DNA of 39,908 nt from Methylococcales bacterium. GTDB taxonomy: Bacteria > Pseudomonadota > Gammaproteobacteria > JABHGC01. Made by a program: the position numbers and the translations under genes. The notes under the pieces were generated by a model. That model searched no databases. It saw nothing but the letters and a program-made list of their open reading frames with translations, and was not told the origin of the DNA. Within the stretch, counting starts at the first letter, position 1. Each line of letters starts with the position of its first letter. The stretch spans positions 1-39,908 of the forward strand of contig JABHHM010000026.1 in NCBI GenBank assembly GCA_018671575.1, written 5' to 3'. Shown here one piece after another: positions 12,966 to 22,692 of this stretch.

Positions 12966-13019
12966 GCTGAATTAAGTGGCTTGTCCGCTTCAATGATAAC
13001 TTATCCCCATGTGGGATAA
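12966..13019. repeat. family C repeat, copy 2
   Basis: GCTGAATTAAGTGGCTTGTCCGCTTCAATGATAACTTATCCCCATGTGGGATAA. Confidence 0.75.
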
Positions 13020-13313
13020 TTTACACATATCTAAAATATAAGGTTGATTTCTGCTATATGTTTTCTATGCTTATAATACAATAGGAAAAAATAAGAATTA
13101 AATACATATAACATAATCTTTTATTACTTATCACAGAAAAATCATAATATTAATTTAAGGCATTGATATATTTGAGATTTATAATGTATCGGTGATCTGA
13201 CTGGTTCCATTTTATGCCATAAATGGGCGACTAAAAGAAACTATGCTTTGATTTATTTATCCTAATATTATAAAATAATAAATATCTAATAAATAACAAT
13301 CGGGAGAATGATA

Positions 13314-13568
13314 ATGTCAAAAGGGCAAAGCATACAGGATCCTTTTCTAAATACATTGCGAAAAGAGAGAATTCCAGTATCGATATTTTTGGTCAATGGC
13401 ATTAAATTACAGGGACAGGTTGAATCATTTGATCAATTTGTGGTATTGCTGAAAAATGCAGTCACACAAATGGTTTATAAGCATGCTATCTCTACAATTG
13501 TGCCATCCAGGAATGTCAAAATGTCATTAAATAATGATGATCCGCAGGATTCTATCGGAAATGTATAA
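13314..13568 (+). CDS. hfq: RNA chaperone Hfq
   Basis: [34 protein letters not shown]...[10 protein letters not shown]. Confidence 0.98.
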   Translation: MSKGQSIQDPFLNTLRKERIPVSIFLVNGIKLQGQVESFDQFVVLLKNAVTQMVYKHAISTIVPSRNVKMSLNNDDPQDSIGNV

Positions 13569-13597
13569 AATGATCCATTTATGTTGTTTTATTATGT

Positions 13598-13630
13598 AAG
13601 CAACACAATTTTTATTGTGTTGCTTTTTTT
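13598..13630 (+). terminator. intrinsic terminator of hfq
   Basis: AAGCAACACAAT-TTTT-ATTGTGTTGCTT followed by a T run. Confidence 0.85.
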
Positions 13631-13771
13631 ATGTTTGATATCTATTTAGCCTTCCTTTTTTTAAATTTTCATCTCGTTTAAGTCTTTTTGAAACTTCTTC
13701 TAATTCTAGAATATTCACCTAATTTTCTATATAATACCGTCTTTTATCATTAGGTTAAACGGGTTGAAATT

Positions 13772-14779
13772 ATGCATTTTGTATTTGAATATCTTTTATT
13801 TATTGCTGAAGTCATTACTATTTTGGTGGGAATGTTGATGTTTGTTGGTGGCGTTATCGCATTGTCAAAAAAATCCAAAGAAGTTGATCCCTTATCTTTG
13901 GAAATTAAAAGTATCAACGATAAATACCATCAAATGAAATTGTCTATTTTGGATGCTGTTTTATCCAAGGAACAACTGAAAGAATTAAATAAAGAGGAAA
14001 AGAAACAGCAAAAACTAAAAGATAAAGAAAAAGAATCAAATAAAAATAGATTGTTTGTCATTGATTTTGATGGAGATATTAAAGCCTCAGAAGTCAATTG
14101 TTTGAGAGAAGCTGTCACGGCAATTTTGACCGTAGCCACCAAAGATGATCAGGTTTTACTGAGACTGGAAAGTGGTGGTGGTGTGGTTCATGGTTATGGT
14201 CTGGCGGCATCACAGTTGGCTCGGTTAAAAAGCCAGCAAATATTATTGACCATTGCGGTGGATAAAGTGGCTGCCAGTGGTGGTTATATGATGGCCGCAG
14301 TGGCTGATAAAATCATTGCCGCTCCCTTTGCCATATTGGGTTCAATTGGTGTGTTGGCTCAAATTCCAAATTTTCATAAGTTATTGAAAAAATATAATAT
14401 TGATTATGAACAGCACACAGCAGGAGAATACAAACGTACTTTAACCTTGTTTGGTGAGAATGATGACAAGGCACGAGAAAAACTACAAGAAGAATTAGAA
14501 GAGACTCATACTTTATTTAAAAGTTTTTTACTGGAACATCGTCCAGCATTAGACATGGAAAAAGTAGCGACAGGTGAGCATTGGTATGGAACCAATGCAT
14601 TGGAATTAAGTTTAATTGATGAAATTAAAACCAGTGATGACTTTATTATGTCGGCTTGTGATGAATCCGATGTGTTTGAAGTCAGTGTGGTTCAGCATAA
14701 ACATTGGTATGACAAGTTTAGTGATAACTTAACTAAAATGGCCGAATCGGTGGTGTCCAGGTTTAATTATGGAGGGTAG
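13772..14779 (+). CDS. sohB: S49 family protease SohB
   Basis: N-terminal TM, DFDGDIKAS, RLESGGGVVHGYGLAASQL, VAASGGYMMA, TAGEYKRT. Confidence 0.95.
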   Translation: MHFVFEYLLFIAEVITILVGMLMFVGGVIALSKKSKEVDPLSLEIKSINDKYHQMKLSILDAVLSKEQLKELNKEEKKQQKLKDKEKESNKNRLFVIDFDGDIKASEVNCLREAVTAILTVATKDDQVLLRLESGGGVVHGYGLAASQLARLKSQQILLTIAVDKVAASGGYMMAAVADKIIAAPFAILGSIGVLAQIPNFHKLLKKYNIDYEQHTAGEYKRTLTLFGENDDKAREKLQEELEETHTLFKSFLLEHRPALDMEKVATGEHWYGTNALELSLIDEIKTSDDFIMSACDESDVFEVSVVQHKHWYDKFSDNLTKMAESVVSRFNYGG

Positions 14780-14782
14780 ATA

Positions 14783-16267
14783 ATGTTGACATTGAGTAAA
14801 ATAATAAGCTTTTTCCTAATAATTATAAGTAGTTTCTCGCTTCAAAATGTCATGGCTTATCCACTAGATGCCGACAAAGAAACAGGCATTGTTCGTCTGG
14901 AAGGGCGCAAGTTAGGTCAATCGACTAAAATTCAAGGTGTTGCCAAATTAACGATCGGTGCTTTATTGGAAAACCGACACATCCGTTTAAATTTACTGAA
15001 TCAAACATTGCCTAAATTACCATCTGCCAATCAATCACTGTCCACAGAAATTAAAAAAATTCTGGGTGAAGAGGCTGATCGTTATGGCGTTGCACTGTTG
15101 GATATTTCCAATCCAGCCAAGCCACTTTATGCTGAATATAATCCCAGAATAAAGTCCAACCCTGGCAGTGTTGGAAAGTTAATAGTGGCCATTAGTTTCT
15201 TTCAAATGTTGGCAGATGTTTATCCAAATGACATTGCCAGTAGAAAAAGAGTGTTAAAAGAAACATTGATTACGGCTGATCGTTTCATCTTAAAAGACCA
15301 TCACAAAGTCCCTTTTTGGACACCCGCAAAGAAAAAATTCAAACGACGTCCCATCAAGTTAAAAGATACTGCTTCTTTATGGACTTATTTAGATTGGATG
15401 TTATCCGCCAGTTCTAATGCAGCCGCCGCCATGATTCAACGAGAAATGATGTTGATTAAACACTTTGGCAAAGACTATCCTGTCGCTCAGTCAGACATCG
15501 ATGATTATTTTAACAATACGCCCAAAAGAGAATTAAGCAAAACCTTACAAACCATCATGCAAGGTTCATTAACCAATAATGGCATTGATGTTGCCCAATT
15601 TAGACAAGGCGGTTTTTTTACCCGAACAGGTAAACACAAAGTACCTGGAACTAACAGCACTATGAACAGTAAAGAATTGCTGACTTTTTTGTTTCTATTG
15701 GAGCAAGGCAAAATCGTTGATAAATTCTCTAGTCTGGAAATTAAACGACTACTGTACATGACCAAAAAACGCATTCGTTACGCCTCATCTCCTGCCCTTT
15801 ATAAATCCGCTGTTTATTACAAATCAGGCTCACTTTATAGTTGCCGACCCAAAGGTTGTCGCCACAAATATACAGGTTCTGCCTATAATTATATGAACTC
15901 AGTGGCTATCATTGAAACCGTTGCGGGTACGTCTGAAATTGTTTATTTGGTGGCATTGACATCCAATGTATTAAAGAAAAATTCAGCCGTTGCTCATCAA
16001 TCATTAGCCACAAAAATTCATGAATTTATTGTTGATTTTCATGCCAATAAACCCAGTTTAAAAGAAAAGTTTGTATTCAATGTGATTGCAAAACCGCAAC
16101 GTGCCAGAGTTAAAATAATGAACATAAAACCTCGGTTTCGCTCTGGAATGAAGTTGACTGAAGGACATTATTTATTAAAAGTGACTCGACGAGGCTATAA
16201 AAGTTATAAAAAATGGATTGATTTATCCAGAAACAAAACAGTCTTGGTCGATTTGGTTAAAAAATGA
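14783..16267 (+). CDS. exported serine hydrolase (class A beta-lactamase-like fold) with C-terminal PEGA-like domain
   Basis: Signal peptide; SxxK (PGSVGK), SxN (SSN), KSG triad; C-terminal P..ARV.I...L.EG.Y.L.V.R.GY. Confidence 0.75.
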   Translation: MLTLSKIISFFLIIISSFSLQNVMAYPLDADKETGIVRLEGRKLGQSTKIQGVAKLTIGALLENRHIRLNLLNQTLPKLPSANQSLSTEIKKILGEEADRYGVALLDISNPAKPLYAEYNPRIKSNPGSVGKLIVAISFFQMLADVYPNDIASRKRVLKETLITADRFILKDHHKVPFWTPAKKKFKRRPIKLKDTASLWTYLDWMLSASSNAAAAMIQREMMLIKHFGKDYPVAQSDIDDYFNNTPKRELSKTLQTIMQGSLTNNGIDVAQFRQGGFFTRTGKHKVPGTNSTMNSKELLTFLFLLEQGKIVDKFSSLEIKRLLYMTKKRIRYASSPALYKSAVYYKSGSLYSCRPKGCRHKYTGSAYNYMNSVAIIETVAGTSEIVYLVALTSNVLKKNSAVAHQSLATKIHEFIVDFHANKPSLKEKFVFNVIAKPQRARVKIMNIKPRFRSGMKLTEGHYLLKVTRRGYKSYKKWIDLSRNKTVLVDLVKK

Positions 16268-16332
16268 CAAGAGAGATGAAATTTATCGAATCTTATGCAT
16301 CAGTCATTTGAAGGTGAAGTGAAGTGGAATTA

Positions 16333-16360
16333 AGAAGGGGAAATTATTTCGTGCCCGTTC
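16333..16360. repeat. 28-bp imperfect palindrome, family E
   Basis: AGAAGGGGAAATTATTTCGTGCCCGTTC is 23/28 identical to 39713-39740. Confidence 0.55.
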
Positions 16361-16379
16361 TAAGGCAATTTACTGCTTT

Positions 16380-19300
16380 TTAAAAATTAATGGTTGTTGT
16401 TTGTAAATGGTCAAATATTGGGTTTAATAAGGTTTCAGCTGTGACCGTAAAGTCATCATCTATGGGTGAATTTTTTTGATGATATAGCGTGTGATAATAG
16501 GGGGAGCTGAATTCAGGCGAAACACCTCCTTGCCAGACTTGCTCTGCTTGATAAAGTGCTTTGTGATGATCATTGCCTTTGTGTTTTTGTTCAATATATT
16601 TGAAAGATGATTTTGGGAAAAAATTGAGAGGTTGGCTTAACCCTTGCCAATAAAATTTCAGTAATTGTTGTAGATATTGTTCTGGGTTATCCACTTCATT
16701 AAATTGAAGCTGTTGTTTTTTTGCCAGATGAATGCTGATCTTGGGTTGCTCATTCTGCAGCTGACAAAGTAGCACTAAATGTTTGATCCAAAGTTGTAAG
16801 TAATCTTGTGGTTTTAAATCAGCATAACGTGACTGCAATAAATGTGAATGAGTTAAATTGGATAATTGCCCGTGAAGCACTAAGTCATCTAGGGATAAAT
16901 CTATCATCAAGGGGGCAATGGCATTTTGTTGGTGTTGTTGCTGAATGCGGTTAAATTCTGCAATGTCGGTGATTACATGGCGTACTGTGTTTTGTCCAAA
17001 TTCATCATAAGGTAAACGTCCGCTGGCTTTTAAGTGTTCTCCCAATTGCTCTATCTTGTGTCCATCAATGATTTGTTCCAGCATGGATTGGTTGAGGAGA
17101 TAGCTTTCTAAATTATCCAATGAAAAAGGCTCTGTGTCATTGCTAACCGACCTGTTTTCATTGAATTGAACTCCCAAACGATGAATGAAAAAATATTTTA
17201 CGGGATGTTTATAAAATTGAATGAGGTCATCAAGTTCAACCTGTTTAAAGTCGTTGGTTGGCGGGGTTAATGGTGATGTTTTGATTTTTTCGGGGTGATT
17301 TTTATTTTGAAATAGCCATTCATTGGCATAGCTAAAAAAGTTTGAACTGGCTTCAAAGTAGGCAGTATTAAAAGGTTGTAAGGGATGTTCTGTTATTAAA
17401 TTATTTTGTAATGCTTCGTTTAGCGCAAAATTTTCAATAATGTATTCAGTCAGCTCATTGACCAAAGATGAAGGAGAAATCAGGGTGTTATCAATAATAT
17501 TACGCCCAATATAACTGATATAAAATGTTTGTCTGGCAGACAATAAACATTCCAAAAATAAATAACGATCGTCCTGCCTTTTTGAACGATCACCTAAGCG
17601 TTGATTGTTTGCCATTAAGTCAAAGCCCGTTGGTTTATTGATTCGTGGAAATTTTCCATCGTTCAATCCCATCAGACAAACGACTTTAAACGGAATACTG
17701 CGCATAGGTAGCATCGTACAAAAGGTAATTTGTCCCGTCATGAATCGGTTGCCATGACTGATGTTATCAATCCGTTTGGTTAAGTGTGTTTGCATGACTT
17801 TTAGACAAATGGGGGATTCATGATCAGCCTGTTTAACCTGATCTGAAATATCAATGATGATATCCCGTAATAATTGAAAAACCGATGTGTTTTGGTCATC
17901 TTCCTCAAAAAAATGGTTAAGAATGGATTGTAATACCTCATTCCATTTCAGTGCCGAGTGATTGATGGATAGTTTTTGTCGTAACTGACTCAGTTGGCGT
18001 ATGAAATGCTGTAGTTTGCCAATTTCTTCTGCTTCTGAGCTACTGAATACGGGGTAAGGCAGTTGTTGATTGAATAATGATGCGGTGTCAGGCATGGCAA
18101 TGCCTAACAATAATCGCTCTAAACCAAATTGCCAGGTATTTTCATCGGTTGCTGGGCAATCGAATGCTTGTTTAGAATGACCGTCTTCTCCCCAACGAAT
18201 ACCTGCTTGTTGACAGGTGTTTTTTAATCGACTGATGGCTGATTTATTGAGTTGAAAGCGTTTAAGTATGTTTTCTGAATCCAGTAAACTAAAAATATCT
18301 GAAAAATTAAAACGACTGTGGGAGATGTTGAGTAGTTGAAAAAATTGAGGTGTGATTTCATGTTCTTGATGAACTGATCTGTCGGCAATTGACCACGGTA
18401 AATAATGATCGCTGGTGCCAAAAACAGCTTCAATATAAGGAATGTAATCATTGATGTCGGGTGTCATGACAATGATGTTATGTGGTTTTAAGCTGGGTGT
18501 TTGTTCAAATAATGCCAGTAATTGATCATGTAAAACTTCTATTTCTCGAAGTGGGCTATGGCAACAGTGAATTTGTAGGCTGTTGTCTGAGTCTTCAATG
18601 ATTGGTAAGGCTTTGTCAAAAGGAAGTTCAGTTTGTTCAAATAAATCATTGTCCGTGTTTGTTTCATTAATGACTTGCTGACGATCAAGTAAATAGAGAA
18701 TATCGGTTTGAATGTATTCTAGTAGATTTGTAACCGTTGGTTCAACATAGGTTTCTTGGTCGAGACAATCATATTGGTGTAATTGTTGTTGAAAATCTTT
18801 CCCCAGTTGCCCCATGGATGCCAGTAGAGGATGTCCAACGGAGTAATGTTCCAGTGACATTGATTGGCAATGCAGTTTGCGTAATTGTTTGATACGGACA
18901 ATGGATTTTTTGGTAATGATATCTCCCCAAAATTGTAAACAGGGGTTTAACATGAATAAATGCACGTCACATTGTTCAGATATTTGGTTAAAAACTTCTA
19001 AATGAGCGGGAGGTAAGGCTGAAATACCAAAAATAGACAGTCTTTCAGGGAGTTTGTTGTTATTTAATTGTCCCTGTTGGCATTGTTCGATGAAATCATG
19101 TAGAACATTGGCTCGATGTGGTAATTTCTTATTTTCAACGATGGCTCGCCATAACTGTGCTTGCCAGTGTTCGTCATTACCCGACTCCCAGTTCATAATC
19201 CAGTCAGGTCTGAATACCATGTACTGATCAAAAATATCAACTATTTTACAGGCAAGTTGATAGAGTTTGAATTCATCATATTCAGTTGTCAAATATTGTT

Positions 19301-19634
19301 GAATGATTGAAAATTCTTTTTTATCCAGATGGCGAGGTAGTAATTCAATGATTTTCCAAACCAGAATGTCTTTATCAAATGACGTGTTGTCAGGTATGTT
19401 TTGTAGTTGAGACTGGAAAATTTTCCACACAAAAGAGGCTGGAAAGGGATATTCAATATTGGCTGCAATAGATTGCTTAGTAGCCAGTTGCATAGACAGC
19501 CAGCGTGACATTCCCTGGCTTTGGACAATAATCGTTTCTGCTTCAAACACATTGTTGAGAGTCTTTTGTTCGATAGTATCGACAAGTTGTTCGAATAGAG
19601 CTTCTAGCCGATTGCTATGGTATAAGTTGATCAA
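16380..19634 (-). CDS. recC: exodeoxyribonuclease V gamma subunit
   Basis: YHSNRLE.L, IIVQSQGM.RWL, FDQY.VFRPDW, CHSPLREIEVLHD, TFCTMLPMRSIPFKVVCL.G.NDG.FPR, HPLQPF. Confidence 0.97.
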   Translation of the reverse strand: MINLYHSNRLEALFEQLVDTIEQKTLNNVFEAETIIVQSQGMSRWLSMQLATKQSIAANIEYPFPASFVWKIFQSQLQNIPDNTSFDKDILVWKIIELLPRHLDKKEFSIIQQYLTTEYDEFKLYQLACKIVDIFDQYMVFRPDWIMNWESGNDEHWQAQLWRAIVENKKLPHRANVLHDFIEQCQQGQLNNNKLPERLSIFGISALPPAHLEVFNQISEQCDVHLFMLNPCLQFWGDIITKKSIVRIKQLRKLHCQSMSLEHYSVGHPLLASMGQLGKDFQQQLHQYDCLDQETYVEPTVTNLLEYIQTDILYLLDRQQVINETNTDNDLFEQTELPFDKALPIIEDSDNSLQIHCCHSPLREIEVLHDQLLALFEQTPSLKPHNIIVMTPDINDYIPYIEAVFGTSDHYLPWSIADRSVHQEHEITPQFFQLLNISHSRFNFSDIFSLLDSENILKRFQLNKSAISRLKNTCQQAGIRWGEDGHSKQAFDCPATDENTWQFGLERLLLGIAMPDTASLFNQQLPYPVFSSSEAEEIGKLQHFIRQLSQLRQKLSINHSALKWNEVLQSILNHFFEEDDQNTSVFQLLRDIIIDISDQVKQADHESPICLKVMQTHLTKRIDNISHGNRFMTGQITFCTMLPMRSIPFKVVCLMGLNDGKFPRINKPTGFDLMANNQRLGDRSKRQDDRYLFLECLLSARQTFYISYIGRNIIDNTLISPSSLVNELTEYIIENFALNEALQNNLITEHPLQPFNTAYFEASSNFFSYANEWLFQNKNHPEKIKTSPLTPPTNDFKQVELDDLIQFYKHPVKYFFIHRLGVQFNENRSVSNDTEPFSLDNLESYLLNQSMLEQIIDGHKIEQLGEHLKASGRLPYDEFGQNTVRHVITDIAEFNRIQQQHQQNAIAPLMIDLSLDDLVLHGQLSNLTHSHLLQSRYADLKPQDYLQLWIKHLVLLCQLQNEQPKISIHLAKKQQLQFNEVDNPEQYLQQLLKFYWQGLSQPLNFFPKSSFKYIEQKHKGNDHHKALYQAEQVWQGGVSPEFSSPYYHTLYHQKNSPIDDDFTVTAETLLNPIFDHLQTTTINF

Positions 19635-19673
19635 TGTGTATGGGGTCTCTGGGTGAACATTATTATTTTAACA

Positions 19674-19836
19674 TAAGGGGAGGCGAAATAAATAAATGTC
19701 CAAATTGTGCAGGATTTTTGTTCGCCTTTGAGGAGCGAAAAATAGGCGTATAGTCGAATTACACAACTATTTTTGCAACAAAAAAGCGGACAAAAATACA
19801 AGCAAGTTGGATGTTTATTTGTTGCGCATCCCCTAA
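19674..19836. mobile_element. MITE family B, full copy
   Basis: Imperfect TIRs TAAGGGGAGGCGAAATAAATAAA / TTTATTTGTTGCGCATCCCCTAA, internally palindromic; near-identical to 32049-32230. Confidence 0.88.
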
Positions 19837-19853
19837 TTATGCTCAGCTACTTA
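19834..19853. repeat. solo terminal repeat of MITE family F
   Basis: TAATTATGCTCAGCTACTTA is 18/20 identical to the right end of 39744-39906. Confidence 0.6.
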
Positions 19854-19855
19854 TT

Positions 19856-20989
19856 CTACAGCATTCGGTCATCCAACTGAAAATCAGAAAAATCATCTTC
19901 AGACTGTGAGACAGTTTCATCTTCTTGCTGAGAAAGTTTGAGTTTAAGTTTTAAATCACTGTTGGCATCAGAGTTATATAATGCTTCTTCTTCAGATATT
20001 TTACCTTGTTTAAAGAGTCGATAGAGTGATTGATCAAAAGTCATGATGCCTTTTTCACCTTTGGTTTCATTCATCGCAGGCATTATTTCATCTAAATCAC
20101 CTTTTTCAATCAATTCCCTAATATACGGTGTGGGTTGCATAATTTCAAGGGCTGCAACTCGTTTCATGTTTTGACCAACCACCAGTCGTTGACAAACAAT
20201 GGCAACTAAATTCATTGATAAGTCCATCAGTATCCGAACATGGTTTTCAGGGGGGAAGAATCCCAAAACTCTTTCCAGTGCTTGTACGCAATTATTGGCG
20301 TGTAAGGTTGATAAGCAGAGGTGTCCTGATTTAGCATAAGAAATAGTGTGTGACATGGCTTCTTTATCTCTGATCTCACCCACCAAAATCACATCAGGGG
20401 CTTCACGCATGGCGTTGATTAAAGCGTTGTGAAATGAATGTGTATCCACGCCAACTTCTCGTTGGTCCACAATGGATAATTTGTACGGATGGACATATTC
20501 TATTGGGTCTTCAATGGTAAGAATATGACCACTACTATGGCTGTTACGATAATCAATCATGGAGGCGAGGGTGGTTGATTTACCTGAACCTGTTGAGCCA
20601 ACCACCAAAATTAAGCCATGTTTACTCATGGCGATTTCGCCTAAGTGACTGGGTAAATTTAAGTTTTTTAAATTGGGTATTTCACCTTTAATATAACGCA
20701 CCACAAAAGCAATGTGGCCTTTTTGTTTGTAGACGTTGAGTCTGAATCTTTCGCCACCTAAAGCCGTAAAACCGATATTTAACTCGAGTTCTTCTTCAAA
20801 TTGGTCAATTTGTCCTTCACTCATCATTGAAAAAGCAATCTCTCTAACAACATTGGGCAGTAATGGGTTTTTGCCAATGGGATTTAATAAGCCTTCTACT
20901 TTGATGTGTGCTGGCGCGCCAACACTAAAAAATAAATCAGAAGCTTCTTTTTCTACCATCATTTTTAGAAAATGTTTGATATCTGCCAT
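19856..20989 (-). CDS. pilU: PilT/PilU family type IV pilus retraction ATPase (PilU-like)
   Basis: ASDLFFSVGAP, Walker A GSTGSGKST, TIEDPIE, QREVGVDT, AMREAPDVILVGEIRD, GHLCLSTLHANN, TFDQSL. Confidence 0.85.
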   Translation of the reverse strand: MADIKHFLKMMVEKEASDLFFSVGAPAHIKVEGLLNPIGKNPLLPNVVREIAFSMMSEGQIDQFEEELELNIGFTALGGERFRLNVYKQKGHIAFVVRYIKGEIPNLKNLNLPSHLGEIAMSKHGLILVVGSTGSGKSTTLASMIDYRNSHSSGHILTIEDPIEYVHPYKLSIVDQREVGVDTHSFHNALINAMREAPDVILVGEIRDKEAMSHTISYAKSGHLCLSTLHANNCVQALERVLGFFPPENHVRILMDLSMNLVAIVCQRLVVGQNMKRVAALEIMQPTPYIRELIEKGDLDEIMPAMNETKGEKGIMTFDQSLYRLFKQGKISEEEALYNSDANSDLKLKLKLSQQEDETVSQSEDDFSDFQLDDRML

Positions 20990-21157
20990 GTTGTTGTCAT
21001 CCTAATGTTGATACATATATTTAAAGACTAGCAAAGTAAATAATCTAGTCATCTATTACTCAAACTATTTTTAATTATTTACTCAAGGTTTCGATAAGAT
21101 GAACGATAAATAAAGGTATGAGGAATGCTAAAATTTAAGAAAATTAACAGGGGAATA

Positions 21158-21367
21158 ATGATGAAAAATAATGCAGATGCAATATCGTTGAGTAATCAAG
21201 GGCTTGATCGATTAGTAAATGATTTGTTGATGAGTAATGACTCAGGTGGTTTTCATCAAGACTATTTGCGAGCTAAAAAACAAGTTGGAGTCATTGCTTC
21301 ATCAGTTGAAGTTTTTAAATTACTTTATCTAGGCCATAAAACAACTAAAACATTCTTGGTGCATTGA
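21158..21367 (+). CDS. small hypothetical protein
   Basis: AGGGGA RBS before the ATG; fills a gap between divergent/convergent genes; no motif. Confidence 0.45.
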   Translation: MMKNNADAISLSNQGLDRLVNDLLMSNDSGGFHQDYLRAKKQVGVIASSVEVFKLLYLGHKTTKTFLVH

Positions 21368-21446
21368 ATTGTGACTTGAATAATTGTTCTCTAACGGGAC
21401 GCTTTTAATCTTTATTAATATACAAAAAATTTACTAAATTTATTTA

Positions 21447-21486
21447 ACCATGAAGATAATGAAGAAAAGCGTCATGTCTTCATGGT
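21447..21486. repeat. family D palindrome
   Basis: ACCATGAAGA...TCTTCATGGT, perfect 10-bp arms. Confidence 0.7.
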
Positions 21487-21542
21487 AAAAATTAAAATTC
21501 AGAAACTTCATTTTAAGGATGTTTTAAAAATAATGCTCACTG

Positions 21543-21563
21543 TAAATAGGTGGTCATAATTAT
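21543..21563. repeat. solo terminal repeat of MITE family F
   Basis: TAAATAGGTGGTCATAATTAT is 18/21 identical to the TIR at 39744. Confidence 0.5.
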
Positions 21564-21569
21564 GAATGT

Positions 21570-22508
21570 CTATGGCATATCATTAATTTCCGCACCTTCT
21601 TTCTCGACTGGCATTAAGTCTTCTTTGCTGATACCCATGCGTAAAATGGTCGTGCTGGCAATGTAAATTGAAGAGTAAGTTCCAATAAAAACACCAATAA
21701 TCAACGCAAAAGCAAATGCGTGAATAATTTCTCCGCCCAAAAAGAATAGCGAAAGTAGTACCAGTAATGTGGTCATGGATGTCATCAAGGTTCTTGATAA
21801 GGTTTGATTTAATGAGGTGTTAATGATTTCGGTCGGAGAGCCTTTTCTTATTTTTCTAAAGTTTTCACGAATTCGGTCAAAGACCACGATGGTGTCATTG
21901 AGTGAGTAACCTATGACCGCCAGGATTGCGGCTAACACCGATAGATCAAAATTTATTTGCGTGACTGAAAATACACCCAAAGTAATAATGACATCATGAA
22001 CCAATGCAGTGACAGAACCAATAGCAAAGCGGTATTCAAAGCGTACTGCGACATAAATGAGTATGCAAATCAACGCATATAACATGGCGAGTGCGCCATT
22101 TTCTTTGAGTTCTTTACCAACTTGAGGGCCGACAAATTCAACACGGCGCATGTCTATTTTACCCATGTTGCTGGTTTTTAGAATGTCGAGTATTTCTTCA
22201 CTGATTTCTGCAGGTTTTTTGGCATCTGTTTTGGGTAATCGAATCAATGCTTCTCTCGATGTACCAAAATTCTGAACGGAGGCATCTTTATATTTTGATG
22301 CCGTCAAAAGGTCTCGAATTTTTTCAAGGGGTGCGGCTTGTTGAAAACCAACTTCTATCAATGTGCCCCCTGTAAAGTCGATGCCAAAGTTAAAGCCTCG
22401 AATAGAAATGGTTAAAATGGAAATAATAATTAACGCACCAGATATCATCATGGCGGTTTTTTGTTTTTCCATAAAATTAAAATGCGTTTTTGTTGCTAAG
22501 AGTTGCAT
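21570..22508 (-). CDS. secF: protein translocase subunit SecF
   Basis: GIDFTGGT, VGPQVGKEL, RFE, HDV, GYSLNDTIVVFDRIREN, GTYSSIYIA. Confidence 0.98.
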   Translation of the reverse strand: MQLLATKTHFNFMEKQKTAMMISGALIIISILTISIRGFNFGIDFTGGTLIEVGFQQAAPLEKIRDLLTASKYKDASVQNFGTSREALIRLPKTDAKKPAEISEEILDILKTSNMGKIDMRRVEFVGPQVGKELKENGALAMLYALICILIYVAVRFEYRFAIGSVTALVHDVIITLGVFSVTQINFDLSVLAAILAVIGYSLNDTIVVFDRIRENFRKIRKGSPTEIINTSLNQTLSRTLMTSMTTLLVLLSLFFLGGEIIHAFAFALIIGVFIGTYSSIYIASTTILRMGISKEDLMPVEKEGAEINDMP

Positions 22509-22607
22509 TGGTTAAAGCCTTTTCTGAAATTTGTGTTCGGAATATTGTTAAGCATGATGTCCTAATGGGTAAATTTTTGAATGCTTGGACATTGAATAAT
22601 TTTTAAC

Positions 22608-22646
22608 CCATGAAATCATGAAGACTAAACTTAATGCCTTCATGGT
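22608..22646. repeat. family D palindrome between secD and secF
   Basis: CCATGAAATCATGAAG...CTTAATGCCTTCATGGT. Confidence 0.65.
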
Positions 22647-22692
22647 AGAAATAAAAACATCTATAATTTAAAAACTTTATTTTGCTGATAAT

